Assembly: GCA_963668175.1 (NCBI GenBank)
Contig: OY764159.1
Span: 3,264,001-3,328,000 of the forward strand
Length of the DNA stretch: 64,000 nt
Origin: Syntrophales bacterium
GTDB lineage: Bacteria > Desulfobacterota > Syntrophia > Syntrophales > PHBD01
Direction: 5' to 3'
This document shows positions 1 to 10,253 of the stretch, piece after piece. Under the pieces are notes generated by a model. It saw only the letters and a list, made by a program, of their open reading frames with translations, was not told the origin of the DNA and ran no database searches. Each line of letters starts with the position of its first letter. Position 1 is the stretch's first letter. The position numbers and the translations under genes were made by a program.

Positions 1-1
1 A

Positions 2-229
2 TACATCGAGATCGGGATTTCCGACACGGGCGTGGGGATACCGCCGGAGAATCTGCCGAAGCTCTTCGATCCCTTCTTCACCACGAAGGAGGTCGGCAAG
101 GGCACCGGCCTGGGACTGCACGTTGCATACAGCATCATCGAGAAGCACAACGGCAGCATCGATGTGCAGAGCACGGTCGGTGCGGGAACGACCTTTACCG
201 TCAGGATACCGACGCATCTCAATATTTGA
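2..229 (+). CDS. Sensor histidine kinase, C-terminal HATPase domain (partial, cut by window edge)
   Basis: Frame open from base 2; ISDTGVGI (G1), FDPFFTTK (F box), GKGTGLGL (G2) motifs. Confidence 0.93.
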   Translation, partial: YIEIGISDTGVGIPPENLPKLFDPFFTTKEVGKGTGLGLHVAYSIIEKHNGSIDVQSTVGAGTTFTVRIPTHLNI

Positions 230-355
230 CTGCGAACAGGACCGGACGGCATTGAATATATGCGGAAGGGAACGGTGAAGAAGAAAAGTCTGAAGGACGG
301 GAGATTTTTCTTGCGACGCTGACTTTGTATGCTGGACTGAACAGGAATTGACGCC

Positions 356-1705
356 ATGGAAGAAAAGACAAGACATTCCATTCTTATTGTGGACGACGAG
401 GAGGCGATCCTGCGGTCGCTTGTGCGCCTCTTCCGGAACGAGGACTACGAGATTGCGACGGCCGTGGGAGGAAGCGAAGGGCTGAAGAAGATCGGCGAAG
501 CGGCGACGCCCTTTTCCCTCATCATTTCCGACCAGCGCATGCCGGAGATGACGGGGGACCGGTTCCTGGCGGAGGCCAGGAAGATCACCCCGGACAGTAT
601 GCGGGTCCTCCTCACGGGATATTCGGACATGGAGGCCATCGTCGACGCCATCAACAAGGGCGGCGTCCACCGGTATTTCTCGAAGCCCTGGAAGGACGAC
701 GAACTGATCATCCAGGTCCGCCAGGTCCTGGAGCAGTACGGGCTCGTCATGGAGAACCGGCGTTTGCAGGGGCTGACGAAGAAGCAGAACGAGGAGCTTG
801 TGGAGTTGAATGCCGGCCTGGAGAACAAGGTCCGGGAGAAGACCGCGGAGATCCTGAAGAAGAACGAGGCCCTGATTTACATGAACCGGGAGCTGGAATC
901 GGGGTTGTTCAACACGGTGAAGTCCTTCGGCGCCCTGACGGACCGGTTCAACCCGACACTGGCGGGTCACGGCCGCCGCGTCAGCCAGACCGCCCGGGAG
1001 CTTTCCCAGGCGATGGGTCTTCCCGAGAACGACATCGTCCATATCGAGATCGCCGCGCTCCTGCACGACATCGGGAAGCTCGGTTTCACTCAGAAGCTTC
1101 TCGAATACAAGGAGGAGGAGTGGACGACGGAGGAGCGTAACACTTTCAAGAACCACCCGGTTTACGGGCAGGAGACGATCCATTTCATCAACAGGCTCAC
1201 CCACGTCGGCGTCCTCATCCGGACGCACCACGAGAAGTACGACGGGGAAGGGTATCCGGACCGGCTGAAGGACGAGGAGATACCCACGGGGGCGAAGATC
1301 ATTGCGGTGGCGGACGCTTACGACAAGATCGTCAACCTCCAGGTGAACATGGGCGGGGCCGTTGCGGCGGCGAAGGCGGCCCGGGCCCATACGAAGTACG
1401 AAGAGGCCCTCCAGGAGGAGGCGGCTACGTACCTGAAAAAGGAGAGTTTCCAGTCCTTCGATCCGGAGATCGTCAAGCACTTTCTCACCCTGATCAAGAC
1501 AAGGAAGGTATCCCTGATGCATGAGCTCCGGGTGTCGCTGGCGAACGTCCGGGAAGGGATGAAGCTGGCCAAGCCCCTCTATTCGTCGAGCGGGCGTTTC
1601 CTGCTGCCGCAGGACGCCCTGCTGACCCCGGGCATCATCCGCAAGCTCAAGCTCCTGCATGATAACGATCCGATCACGGACGACATTCATATCGTGAGGG
1701 AATAG
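356..1705 (+). CDS. Response regulator with HD-GYP (c-di-GMP phosphodiesterase) domain
   Basis: N-terminal REC (IVDDE, ISDQRMPEM, SKPW), coiled coil, LLHDIGK and HHEKYDGEGYP, AVADAYD. Confidence 0.92.
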   Translation: MEEKTRHSILIVDDEEAILRSLVRLFRNEDYEIATAVGGSEGLKKIGEAATPFSLIISDQRMPEMTGDRFLAEARKITPDSMRVLLTGYSDMEAIVDAINKGGVHRYFSKPWKDDELIIQVRQVLEQYGLVMENRRLQGLTKKQNEELVELNAGLENKVREKTAEILKKNEALIYMNRELESGLFNTVKSFGALTDRFNPTLAGHGRRVSQTARELSQAMGLPENDIVHIEIAALLHDIGKLGFTQKLLEYKEEEWTTEERNTFKNHPVYGQETIHFINRLTHVGVLIRTHHEKYDGEGYPDRLKDEEIPTGAKIIAVADAYDKIVNLQVNMGGAVAAAKAARAHTKYEEALQEEAATYLKKESFQSFDPEIVKHFLTLIKTRKVSLMHELRVSLANVREGMKLAKPLYSSSGRFLLPQDALLTPGIIRKLKLLHDNDPITDDIHIVRE

Positions 1706-1746
1706 GTGCGGCGCACCTGAAGACGAAAGGACAGGGGTAACCACAT

Positions 1747-2613
1747 ATGGAAAAGCAATGCAAAGAACCGCCGGTGGAACTGAGGACCATCATTGCCAGG
1801 ATCGACAGCATCACGAGCCTGCCGACGATCCCCCATATCCTGCTGGAAATCAACAGGATGCTTGAGAAGGCGGACGTATCCAACAAGAGGATGCAGGACG
1901 TCATCGAAAAGGACCAGGTCATCACGACCAAGATATTGAAACTGGTCAATTCCTCCTTTTACGGTTTCCGCTCGAAGATCGTGGATATATCGCAGGCGAT
2001 CCTGATCCTGGGGTTCAACACGGTCCGCAATTCCATCGCCACGGTGGCCCTGATCGACATCTTCCGCACGAAGGAGAAATTCGGCGATTTCGACATCCGG
2101 GATCTTTGGAAGCACTCCCTGGCCGTGGCCGTCACGAGCAGGCGGCTGGCGGAGACGGCCAGGATGGCCCCTCCCTCCGACTGTTTTGTCGCCGGACTGC
2201 TGCACGACCTGGGCAAAGTGATCATGGAGGAGCATTTGCCCGGAATATTCGAACGGGTGCTGAAGCTCAGCCAGGAGGAAGGCATTTCCTTCGTCGAGGC
2301 CGAAAAGAAGTTTCTGCCGATCACGCACGCCGGCATCGGCGCACATCTGGTTCGGAAATGGCGGTTTCCCGCACGCCTCGTCGATGCCATCGCGCACCAC
2401 CACCAGGTAACCAGGACAGCATCCGATTTCTGGCTTCACGTCTGCGTCTTCGCCGCCAACATTATCGTCAATCACCGGTTTCAGGATTCGGGCAACGAGT
2501 TAGTATTGACGGAATTCCCCGGATACTCCTCCATCATGCCCCTTCTGGGCGATTTCAGCGCGTGGCATCCGGCTGTGGAGGAAGAGATCGAAAAGTTGAA
2601 CGAGGCATTCTGA
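1747..2613 (+). CDS. HDOD domain protein
   Basis: SLPTIP, DQVITTKILKLVNSSFYG, LWKHSLAVA, GLLHDLGK, THAGIGAHLVRKWRFP..AIAHHH. Confidence 0.93.
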   Translation: MEKQCKEPPVELRTIIARIDSITSLPTIPHILLEINRMLEKADVSNKRMQDVIEKDQVITTKILKLVNSSFYGFRSKIVDISQAILILGFNTVRNSIATVALIDIFRTKEKFGDFDIRDLWKHSLAVAVTSRRLAETARMAPPSDCFVAGLLHDLGKVIMEEHLPGIFERVLKLSQEEGISFVEAEKKFLPITHAGIGAHLVRKWRFPARLVDAIAHHHQVTRTASDFWLHVCVFAANIIVNHRFQDSGNELVLTEFPGYSSIMPLLGDFSAWHPAVEEEIEKLNEAF

Positions 2614-2623
2614 GGAGGACATC

Positions 2624-3469
2624 ATGACCGAACATACCGTCTTGTTCGTCGACGACGAGGAGAACATCCTGAACGCCTTGAAAAGGGTGCTTCGCCGGGA
2701 AAATTATCAAATCATCACCGCCGCGAGCGGTCCCGAGGGATTGAAGATGCTGGAAGACCATCAGGTCCAGGTCGTCATCTCCGACCAGCGAATGCCGGAG
2801 ATGTCGGGCACCGAATTCCTGACCCACGTCATGGAACGGCATCCCGATGCCGTTCGCATCATTCTGTCCGGATATACGGATGTCGACACGATCACCGATG
2901 CCATCAATCAAGGACATATCTACAAGTTTCTGTTAAAACCCTGGAACGAAGATGCGCTCAAACTGGAAATTTCCCGTGCGCTTGATTATTACGAACTCGT
3001 TAACCTGAACAAATCCCTGCATCAAAGGGTCCTGGAACAGAACGAGGAGCTCAAACGGTACAACGAAACCCTGGAAGACATGATTAAGAACAGGACCCTG
3101 GAACTGGAGATTCAGAATCAGGTCCTGGAACTTTCCCGGGAGATACTGGAGAACATCCCTGCGCCGGTCATCGGCATCAGCGAGGACGGAATCGTCGTCC
3201 TCGCCAACGGCGCAGCTTCCCGGCTCTCCTTCGACGGACGCCGGATGACCGTCGGCGAGGATTTTTCCGACTACTTTCCGGAAAGCATTCGTGAGGTCTT
3301 CCGCGAAAGTCTGATTGGAAAAGCGTTATCCGGTGTCAGGGATTATACCATCGGAGAAGAGCATTTCGATATCGACATGAGTCCGCTTTCGGGTAAGGAA
3401 AACCGCGCCGGCGTCATTCTGCTTCTTAAGCGTAAAGAACCTTGCAGCATCGGGTTGGATCATCAGTGA
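2624..3469 (+). CDS. Response regulator (REC + coiled coil + PAS-like domain)
   Basis: FVDDE, ISDQRMPEM, LKPW; C-terminal ILENIPAPVIGISEDGIVVLANGAA is PAS-like; RBS GAGGAGG. Confidence 0.88.
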   Translation: MTEHTVLFVDDEENILNALKRVLRRENYQIITAASGPEGLKMLEDHQVQVVISDQRMPEMSGTEFLTHVMERHPDAVRIILSGYTDVDTITDAINQGHIYKFLLKPWNEDALKLEISRALDYYELVNLNKSLHQRVLEQNEELKRYNETLEDMIKNRTLELEIQNQVLELSREILENIPAPVIGISEDGIVVLANGAASRLSFDGRRMTVGEDFSDYFPESIREVFRESLIGKALSGVRDYTIGEEHFDIDMSPLSGKENRAGVILLLKRKEPCSIGLDHQ

Positions 3470-3504
3470 AACGAGAGGGAAACTGATTTCACCCGTTTCG
3501 TTTT
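3469..3504 (+). terminator. Possible intrinsic terminator
   Basis: Interrupted hairpin AAACGAGA..GGG GAAA/TTTC CCC..TTTCGTTT ending in T run, directly after stop codon. Confidence 0.4.
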
Positions 3505-4053
3505 GCGATAATCCGCCTGGATATCCGCCGGACGCTATCGTTCGATCCCGCCGGATATATCTTTGAGGCAGGATATGAAATGCGGCAGATACATTCCCTC
3601 TGCCGCGACCGGAAAACAGACGAATGTTTCGGGTCCATTCCCCTCATCTTCTACACCGCCACTTATTCGGAACGACAAGCCGGATAATGATCTCCGCGGT
3701 TGAAGCGAGAGGTCCATACACGTCCGGCGCCATCGCCGGGGAGATGGGCCTCGACGAGGCATAGACGCCTCACTTGACGATATCTGACAACACCGGGGTT
3801 CCCTTTACGATCCCGACGTCGTTGCTGCCTGCACCCGTCTTTTCAGGAAAAAGGGATATCAACCGGCCAAGACTTGATTCGGCCATAGTTTTCTGTTCAT
3901 ACGACAAAGCGAAAGTCCTGCTCTCTTTTTCCCGTCCCGGAGAAAAAATAACTCTGTCAACGGCCGATGCAATCGGTTATACTAAGTTCATCCTACAACA
4001 ACGTAAGGCGGCGGGACATTCGCCAACTCCGGCCTGCGAGGGAGATTGCTGCG

Positions 4054-5466
4054 ATGGCGGAACATACAGGCGGCATAGCCGCACGGACCAAATCCGTTCT
4101 GACGGCCCTGTTTAAACGGGGATACAACAGTCTCCACCTCCTTCTGTCGGAGACCTTCGGGCTGGGTCCGATTGCGACCCTCTGCGCGATTATTTTCGTC
4201 AGTTGCGTCATCGTCGGCGCCGTTTTCTGGTTTTTCCATTCCGCCCCTCCCGACACGATCATCATGACCGGTGGGGATGAAGACAGCCGCTTCCAGAAAA
4301 ACGCCGAAAAGTACGCCCAGATTCTGGCGCGCAACGGCGTCAAGCTGAAGATCCTTCCCTCGGAGGGCTCCCTGGAGAACCTTCAACGGTTGGCCGATCC
4401 GGCCTTCAAGGTCGATATCGGCTTCGTTCAGGCAGGCCTCGCCAAAGGGCGGAAGATCGACAACCTCGTCTCGCTGGGCAGCGTCGGTTATGTACCGCTC
4501 TTCATTTTCTATCGCGGCAATCAGAATTTCGATCTCCTGTCTCAGTTCGATGGCAAGAGACTGGCCATCGGCGAGGAAGGTACGGGGACACACGTCCTGG
4601 CGCTCGAACTTCTGGCCATGAACGGCATCAAGCCCGGAGGGGCGACAGCCCTCCTGGAAATCGACGACGATGCCTCGCAGGCGGCCTTGCTTGCCGGAAA
4701 AGCGGATGCCGCTTTCATGATGAGCGACTCGGCCTCCGGCAAGGTCATGCGCGATCTCGTCCGCAACCCGGACATCAAGCTCTTCGATTTTTCTCAGGCC
4801 GACGGGTACACGCGGCGGATCAGCTACCTCAACAAGACCGTTCTGCCGAAAGGCTGCCTCGATTTCGGGAAGAACATCCCCGACCGCGACATCCGCCTCG
4901 TAAGTCCCACCGTGGAATTGATCGCCAGGTCCAACCTGCACCCGGCCCTTTCCGACCTCATCCTGGAGGCGGCGGCGGAAGTCCACGGACGGGCGACGCT
5001 TCTTCAAAGACGGGGCGAATTTCCCGCCCCCCTGGAACACGAATACCCCATCAGCACCGATGCCGCCCGCTACTACAAGTCGGGCAAAAGCTTTCTCTAC
5101 CGTTATTTTCCCTTCTGGGTCGCGAGCCTGCTCAACCGCATCCTCGTAGTCTTCGTACCGATGATCCTCATTCTGATCCCCGGACTGCGGCTCATTCCTT
5201 CCCTTTTCCGCTGGCAGATCCGCCTGCGCATCCTCCGGTGGTATCGCCAGTTGATGGTCCTGGAAAAAGACCTGGAAGGCCCCGCCGTCAGGGAAAAATC
5301 GCAGGAACTTCTCGCGCGGCTCGATCAGATCGAACAGACGGTCAATAAAACGAAAGTGCCGGCGTCATACGCCGACCAGTTCTACGCGCTCAGGGGCCAC
5401 ATAGGCCTGGTTCGCGAAAGGCTCAAGACGGGAGACAACGGACGCATCGCGGCCGAAGCGGCGTGA
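4054..5466 (+). CDS. TAXI-family TRAP solute-binding protein with N- and C-terminal membrane segments
   Basis: SEGSLENLQRL, DIGFVQAG, PLFIFYR, GKRLAIGEEGTGT, LHPAL motifs; hydrophobic segments near both ends; ATG 4054 after GAGGGAG. Confidence 0.8.
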   Translation: MAEHTGGIAARTKSVLTALFKRGYNSLHLLLSETFGLGPIATLCAIIFVSCVIVGAVFWFFHSAPPDTIIMTGGDEDSRFQKNAEKYAQILARNGVKLKILPSEGSLENLQRLADPAFKVDIGFVQAGLAKGRKIDNLVSLGSVGYVPLFIFYRGNQNFDLLSQFDGKRLAIGEEGTGTHVLALELLAMNGIKPGGATALLEIDDDASQAALLAGKADAAFMMSDSASGKVMRDLVRNPDIKLFDFSQADGYTRRISYLNKTVLPKGCLDFGKNIPDRDIRLVSPTVELIARSNLHPALSDLILEAAAEVHGRATLLQRRGEFPAPLEHEYPISTDAARYYKSGKSFLYRYFPFWVASLLNRILVVFVPMILILIPGLRLIPSLFRWQIRLRILRWYRQLMVLEKDLEGPAVREKSQELLARLDQIEQTVNKTKVPASYADQFYALRGHIGLVRERLKTGDNGRIAAEAA

Positions 5467-5518
5467 GGGGCCGGGGATCAATCTGCTGCGGCCCCGGGCC
5501 GGCAGCGGAGAAACAGCT

Positions 5519-6130
5519 ATGAATAAAGCGGATATCAAAAAAGAACTGAAAGCCCTGTATCAACCGCCCGCGGGTAAAATCGTGCAGGTCGACGTACCTC
5601 CCATGAATTTTATCATGATCGACGGCGCAGGGGACCCCAACACATCCCCGCAGTTTGCCGACGCCGTCGCCGCTCTCTTTTCGCTCTCATACGCCCTGAA
5701 GTTCACGGTGAAGAAAGGCCCCCAGGCCGTCGATTACGGCGTCATGCCCCTGGAAGGGCTGTGGTGGGCCGACGACATGGCGGCCTTCACGGCGGGAGAC
5801 AAGTCCCGCTGGCAATGGACGATGATGATCATGCAGCCGCGATTTGTCGACGCGGAGATGTTCGCCGCCGCCCTTGCCGAGGTTGCAAAGAAGAAAAAAC
5901 CGGCGGCGCTGCCGCGGGTGCGTTTTGAACAATTTATCGAAGGGCCTGCCGCGCAGACGATGCATATCGGCCCGTTCTCCGAAGAGGGACCGGCCATCCG
6001 GCGCGTCCACGAATTCATCGCCGGCCTCGGCCGTCGCTTGTCCGGGAAACATCATGAAATTTACCTGAGCGATATCCGCAAGGCGGCACCCGAAAAATGG
6101 AAAACGGTTATCCGGCAGCCCATGGCCTAG
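5519..6130 (+). CDS. GyrI-like small-molecule-binding domain protein
   Basis: KKELKALYQP, GAGDPN, VMPLEGLWW, MHIGPFSEE, HHEIYLSD..R, KTVIRQP. Confidence 0.88.
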   Translation: MNKADIKKELKALYQPPAGKIVQVDVPPMNFIMIDGAGDPNTSPQFADAVAALFSLSYALKFTVKKGPQAVDYGVMPLEGLWWADDMAAFTAGDKSRWQWTMMIMQPRFVDAEMFAAALAEVAKKKKPAALPRVRFEQFIEGPAAQTMHIGPFSEEGPAIRRVHEFIAGLGRRLSGKHHEIYLSDIRKAAPEKWKTVIRQPMA

Positions 6131-6170
6131 CCGCGGGACCATCGCCTGAATTCACAAGATACGATTGCCT

Positions 6171-6641
6171 ATGAAGAGACAATCCCGGGCCGTTATCGGC
6201 CACGTTATCATGTCGCCTTTCATGTTGGGCACGATCCTGATTTCCGTCTTCGCCGGAAGACAGAAAGCGGTACGTTTCACGGGCAGGATACTGACCGCCG
6301 TCGCCAGGCGATTCGTCGGTCTGGCGATCCCGTCTATCCACGCCCCGGAACAATTCGACCGCTTTCGCGGCAGGGTCAAACGAAATTACGACCTATTCGG
6401 CATCCTCTACGACATCACGGTGACGACGGACACGGCCGACACCGTCCAGTTCAGGATTCACAATTGCCCGTTTTGCGAAACCCTGAGAAAATACGGATTC
6501 ACGGACCTGAGCAAGTATGCATGCGCGGGGGACTGGATCATTGCAAAAGAGAACAGGGACAAATGGCTCTTCGAACGGCAGCAGACCATAGGTACCGGCG
6601 GAGCGTTCTGCAATCCGACGTACCGCCGCAAAACGGAATGA
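6171..6641 (+). CDS. L-2-amino-thiazoline-4-carboxylate hydrolase-like (ATC_hydrolase) protein
   Basis: FRIHNCPF, YACAGD, RQQTIGTGGAFC three-Cys pattern. Confidence 0.7.
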   Translation: MKRQSRAVIGHVIMSPFMLGTILISVFAGRQKAVRFTGRILTAVARRFVGLAIPSIHAPEQFDRFRGRVKRNYDLFGILYDITVTTDTADTVQFRIHNCPFCETLRKYGFTDLSKYACAGDWIIAKENRDKWLFERQQTIGTGGAFCNPTYRRKTE

Positions 6642-6666
6642 AACGCGAATGCCTTGAAAGAGAAAC

Positions 6667-7161
6667 ATGACGACCTATACCATCCGCCCGATCGCAGATG
6701 AAGACCGGGAAGCCGTTATCGACATCTTCAACCATTACGTGGAGCATTCGTTCGCCGCCTTTCCGGAAAGCAGGCTGCCCTACCAGGCCTTCGACATGTT
6801 CAGACAGATGGCTCACGGTTATCCTTCCGGGGCCATTGCCGATCAGAACGGCGTTGTTGTCGGTTTCGGCATGCTGCGGGCCCACAATCCCATGCCGGTC
6901 TTTTCCGGAACGGCCGAATGGACCTGTTTTATCGACCGCCGCCACACAGGCGCCGGGCTGGGAAAGACCATGCTCGCATTTCTGGAAAGCGGCGGGCGGC
7001 AGATGGGGATTACGAATATCCTGGCCCATATTTCTTCCCTGAACGAGGCAAGCATCGGATTCCACCTTAAACATGGTTTCACCGAATGCGGCCGCTTCGA
7101 AAATGTGGGGAAGAAAAACGGGCGTCTCTTTTCTTCCGTATGGATGCAAAAGACGCTCTAG
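6667..7161 (+). CDS. GNAT N-acetyltransferase (phosphinothricin acetyltransferase-like)
   Basis: DIFNHYVEHS, GAGLGK, NEASIGFHLKHGF, VGKKNG..WMQK. Confidence 0.9.
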   Translation: MTTYTIRPIADEDREAVIDIFNHYVEHSFAAFPESRLPYQAFDMFRQMAHGYPSGAIADQNGVVVGFGMLRAHNPMPVFSGTAEWTCFIDRRHTGAGLGKTMLAFLESGGRQMGITNILAHISSLNEASIGFHLKHGFTECGRFENVGKKNGRLFSSVWMQKTL

Positions 7162-7253
7162 CCGTGCCCGCGCGGAACGGCCGACAGCCGCGCCACAGTG
7201 TCACGATAAGACAGGGCTTTTACAAATCAACCTATGGAGAGATGGAGAGAAAG

Positions 7254-8369
7254 ATGCATCAGCTTTTCGAAGAGAGTACCATTTGCGGCATGGCGCTGAA
7301 GAACCGATTCGTGCGGTCGGCGACATGGGAAGGACTTGCCGCCGAAGACGGCGGCATCACGCCGAAATTGACGGCGGCCATGGCGGCGCTTGCGGAAGGC
7401 GGCGTCGGCCTGATCATAAGCAGCCATGCGTATGTATCCCCGGAAGGTCGGGCCACGCCCTGGCAGATCGGCATCCATAAGGACGACCTTATCCCCGGAC
7501 TCCGGCAAATGACGGCGGCCGTTCACGACCTGGGCGGCAGGATCATGGCGCAACTGGCCCACGCCGGCCACCAGGCTTCGGATAAAATAACGGGACAACC
7601 GGCCCTGGCCGTTTCGGATGCGGAGCCCCTCGCCGGCAAGAACATCCGGGTCGCAACAGAAGCGGACATAGAAGAACTCGTCGCCGCTTTCGCACGCGCC
7701 GCTTCCCGGGCCAGGGCCTCCGGTTTTGACGGCATCGAAATCCATTCGGGCCACGGCTACCTCCTCAGCCAGTTCCTCTCGCCCGCCTTCAACAAGAGAC
7801 GGGACGCTTACGGCGGAGACATCGACAAACGGACGGCCGTCCATCTTCAAATCTATCGCGCCGTCAGGGAGATCGTCGGCAGGGATTACCCCATTTTTAT
7901 CAAGATGAACTGCGCCGATTTCACCGATAACGGCCTTGACGGCGACGACGGGCTGGCGGCGGCAAAACGGTTCGCCAAGGCGGGATTCTACGCCATCGAA
8001 GTGAGCGGCGGCATTCTCGGACCGGGAAAACTCACCCCCAGCAGGCCGGCAATCGCCGCTGCCGACCAGGAGGGCTATCACAGGGAATACGCGGTCCGCT
8101 TCAAAAAAGAGATCGAGACGCCCCTGATCCTCGTCGGCGGTCTGCGGTCTTTCGAGGTTGCCGAAGACATTGTCGCCCGTGGGGATGCCGATTACATCGC
8201 CCTCAGCCGGCCGCTCATCTGCGAACCCGGCCTGGTCGGCCGCTGGCAAAAAGGGGACCTGAGGAGGGCGGAATGCGTATCCGACAATCTCTGCTTCAAA
8301 CCGGGATTCACCGGCAAGGGGGTTTATTGTGTCACGAAAGAGAAAGAAGCACTGAAGGGTAAGGGTTGA
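7254..8369 (+). CDS. NADH:flavin oxidoreductase (Old Yellow Enzyme family)
   Basis: LKNRFVRSATWE, GGVGLII, QLAHAG, GFDGIEIHSGHGYLLSQFLSP, SRPLICEP; start after GGAGAG. Confidence 0.93.
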   Translation: MHQLFEESTICGMALKNRFVRSATWEGLAAEDGGITPKLTAAMAALAEGGVGLIISSHAYVSPEGRATPWQIGIHKDDLIPGLRQMTAAVHDLGGRIMAQLAHAGHQASDKITGQPALAVSDAEPLAGKNIRVATEADIEELVAAFARAASRARASGFDGIEIHSGHGYLLSQFLSPAFNKRRDAYGGDIDKRTAVHLQIYRAVREIVGRDYPIFIKMNCADFTDNGLDGDDGLAAAKRFAKAGFYAIEVSGGILGPGKLTPSRPAIAAADQEGYHREYAVRFKKEIETPLILVGGLRSFEVAEDIVARGDADYIALSRPLICEPGLVGRWQKGDLRRAECVSDNLCFKPGFTGKGVYCVTKEKEALKGKG

Positions 8370-8530
8370 CCGGCCGCTCTCCATGCCGCCCGATGTGACG
8401 GGATAACCGCGGGAGTAACCTCGGCCCGGGTAAACCTTGGCATTGCGGGGACGTATTTCGATGGCTTTCGTGAAATCAGTTTTCCATTCGGCGGCATTTC
8501 GATCCTGATCTCTTGCCCGTCCCGTTTCCG

Positions 8531-10189
8531 TTATTTTTTAGCTTCGCCGGGGCCTTCCCCCGCCGTCTGCGGTTCCTTCAGACGCCGCCATAGCGTACTG
8601 ATCCCGATGCCCAGGATGTCCGCGGCATTCGACTTGTTATTTCCCGTATGTTCGAGGACCAGCTTCGTGTATCTGCGCTCCAGTTCCTCGATGGTCGGCA
8701 GATCGGCGGCAAGTCCGGAAAGGAGGTCCTTGCCTTCGTCTCCGATGGCCACCGGAAGGTGTTCGGGTTTGATCCTGTCGCTGCCGGCCAGGATCAGGGC
8801 GTACTCGATCCAGTTCTTCAGCTCGCGGACGTTGCCCGGCCAGGCGTAGGTTTCCATGGTCCTGACGGTTTTCGGGTAGAAACCGGGATGGTCGTCCCGA
8901 AGACTGGAAAGAAAATGGCGCGCCAGGGGCAGAATGTCCTCGCGGCGGTCCCGGAGCGGCGGAACAACGATAGGAAAGACGGCAAGGCGGTAGAACAAAT
9001 CTTCCCGGAAGCGCCCCTCGCCGACCATGGTCCTCAAGTCCCTGTTGGTCGCGGCGATGATGCGCGCCTCGACTCTTACGTCCTTCAGTCCTCCCACCGG
9101 ACGGACTTCCTTCGCTTCCAGGGCGCGAAGGAGCTTCGCCTGCAATTCGAGAGGCATTTCCCCCAGTTCGTCGAGGAAGAGCGTGCCTTTTCCGGCCTGG
9201 ATGAAGAGCCCCTTCTTGTCCTGGTCGGCGCCGGTGAACGCCCCTTTGACGTGGCCGAAAAGCTCCGACTCCAGGAGATTGGCCGGAAGCGCGGCGCAGT
9301 TGATCGCCAGAAAAGGCTCGTTTGCGGATTCCGAACGTTTGTGGACGAACCGGGCGATGACCTCCTTGCCCGTGCCGCTTTCCCCGTAAATAAGGACGGT
9401 GGCGTTCGTCGGCGCAACCTTGGCCGCAAGCGTCATCGCCTTCGACATGGCCCCGCTGCGGATGACGATATCGTCCCCCCAGACCGATCTCGACGCCTGT
9501 TTTCTCAGGACATGCAGTTCCCGGTCCCGACGGCCGATGTCTTCCCTGGCATTTGAGAGAGCCGTCTTAAGACGCTCCATCTGATCGTCCAGATTCTCCA
9601 GCCCCTGCGCCTTCCGAACTTCCTCTCCGTTCAGCCCCCAGTCTTCGACCGGACGGCCCACGAAGGAACAATGATCTAATCCTTGAATTTCACATCCGAT
9701 TTCACGAACGAGATAGTCCGCACCGAAAATCGCCGTCGCATAGCCGCTGATGATCCCCGTCAGAATAACGCAGACCGGGTCCTGTGCCTGTCCGAAATTC
9801 GCTTTCCATACATAGGCTTGACTGGAATTTCGCCAGGTGCCGGAAAATCGCGTCAGACGGCCTTCCCTGTTGAAACTGATCTCGTTGAACTCCATGTGGG
9901 CCAGTCCCGACAGGGTCTGGAGAACGCCGCATGCCTTGAGTAATTCCGCACGGTCGTCGAACTCATAGAGGTCCTTCATCACGAGGGCCATGGCGGCCCC
10001 GCCCTCATGTCCATATCGGAATAAGATGGTGGACGCTCTCTCCCGGCCGATGATCTGAACGAGGTCGCCCACCAGGCGGGATATGGCGGCCAGACTGATG
10101 ATCAACACGCGGTGTGAAGCAACCGATGGAAAACCCGTAATTTCATCGCTGCCGAGCAGTTCTTCCCGTCTTAAATCTGAAGCCAGCAT
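8531..10189 (-). CDS. Sigma-54-dependent activator with XylR_N/V4R sensor, AAA+ and Fis-type HTH
   Basis: GESGTGKE, LLESELFGHVKGAFTGA, FLDELGE, WPGNVREL, LGIGISTLWRRLK; V4R C..E..C..C ligands. Confidence 0.95.
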   Translation of the reverse strand: MLASDLRREELLGSDEITGFPSVASHRVLIISLAAISRLVGDLVQIIGRERASTILFRYGHEGGAAMALVMKDLYEFDDRAELLKACGVLQTLSGLAHMEFNEISFNREGRLTRFSGTWRNSSQAYVWKANFGQAQDPVCVILTGIISGYATAIFGADYLVREIGCEIQGLDHCSFVGRPVEDWGLNGEEVRKAQGLENLDDQMERLKTALSNAREDIGRRDRELHVLRKQASRSVWGDDIVIRSGAMSKAMTLAAKVAPTNATVLIYGESGTGKEVIARFVHKRSESANEPFLAINCAALPANLLESELFGHVKGAFTGADQDKKGLFIQAGKGTLFLDELGEMPLELQAKLLRALEAKEVRPVGGLKDVRVEARIIAATNRDLRTMVGEGRFREDLFYRLAVFPIVVPPLRDRREDILPLARHFLSSLRDDHPGFYPKTVRTMETYAWPGNVRELKNWIEYALILAGSDRIKPEHLPVAIGDEGKDLLSGLAADLPTIEELERRYTKLVLEHTGNNKSNAADILGIGISTLWRRLKEPQTAGEGPGEAKK

Positions 10190-10253
10190 ATTGTGACGCC
10201 TTTCTAATCATATTATCTTATCGAAATCATTTTTATGAGAGGCCAGAACCATA

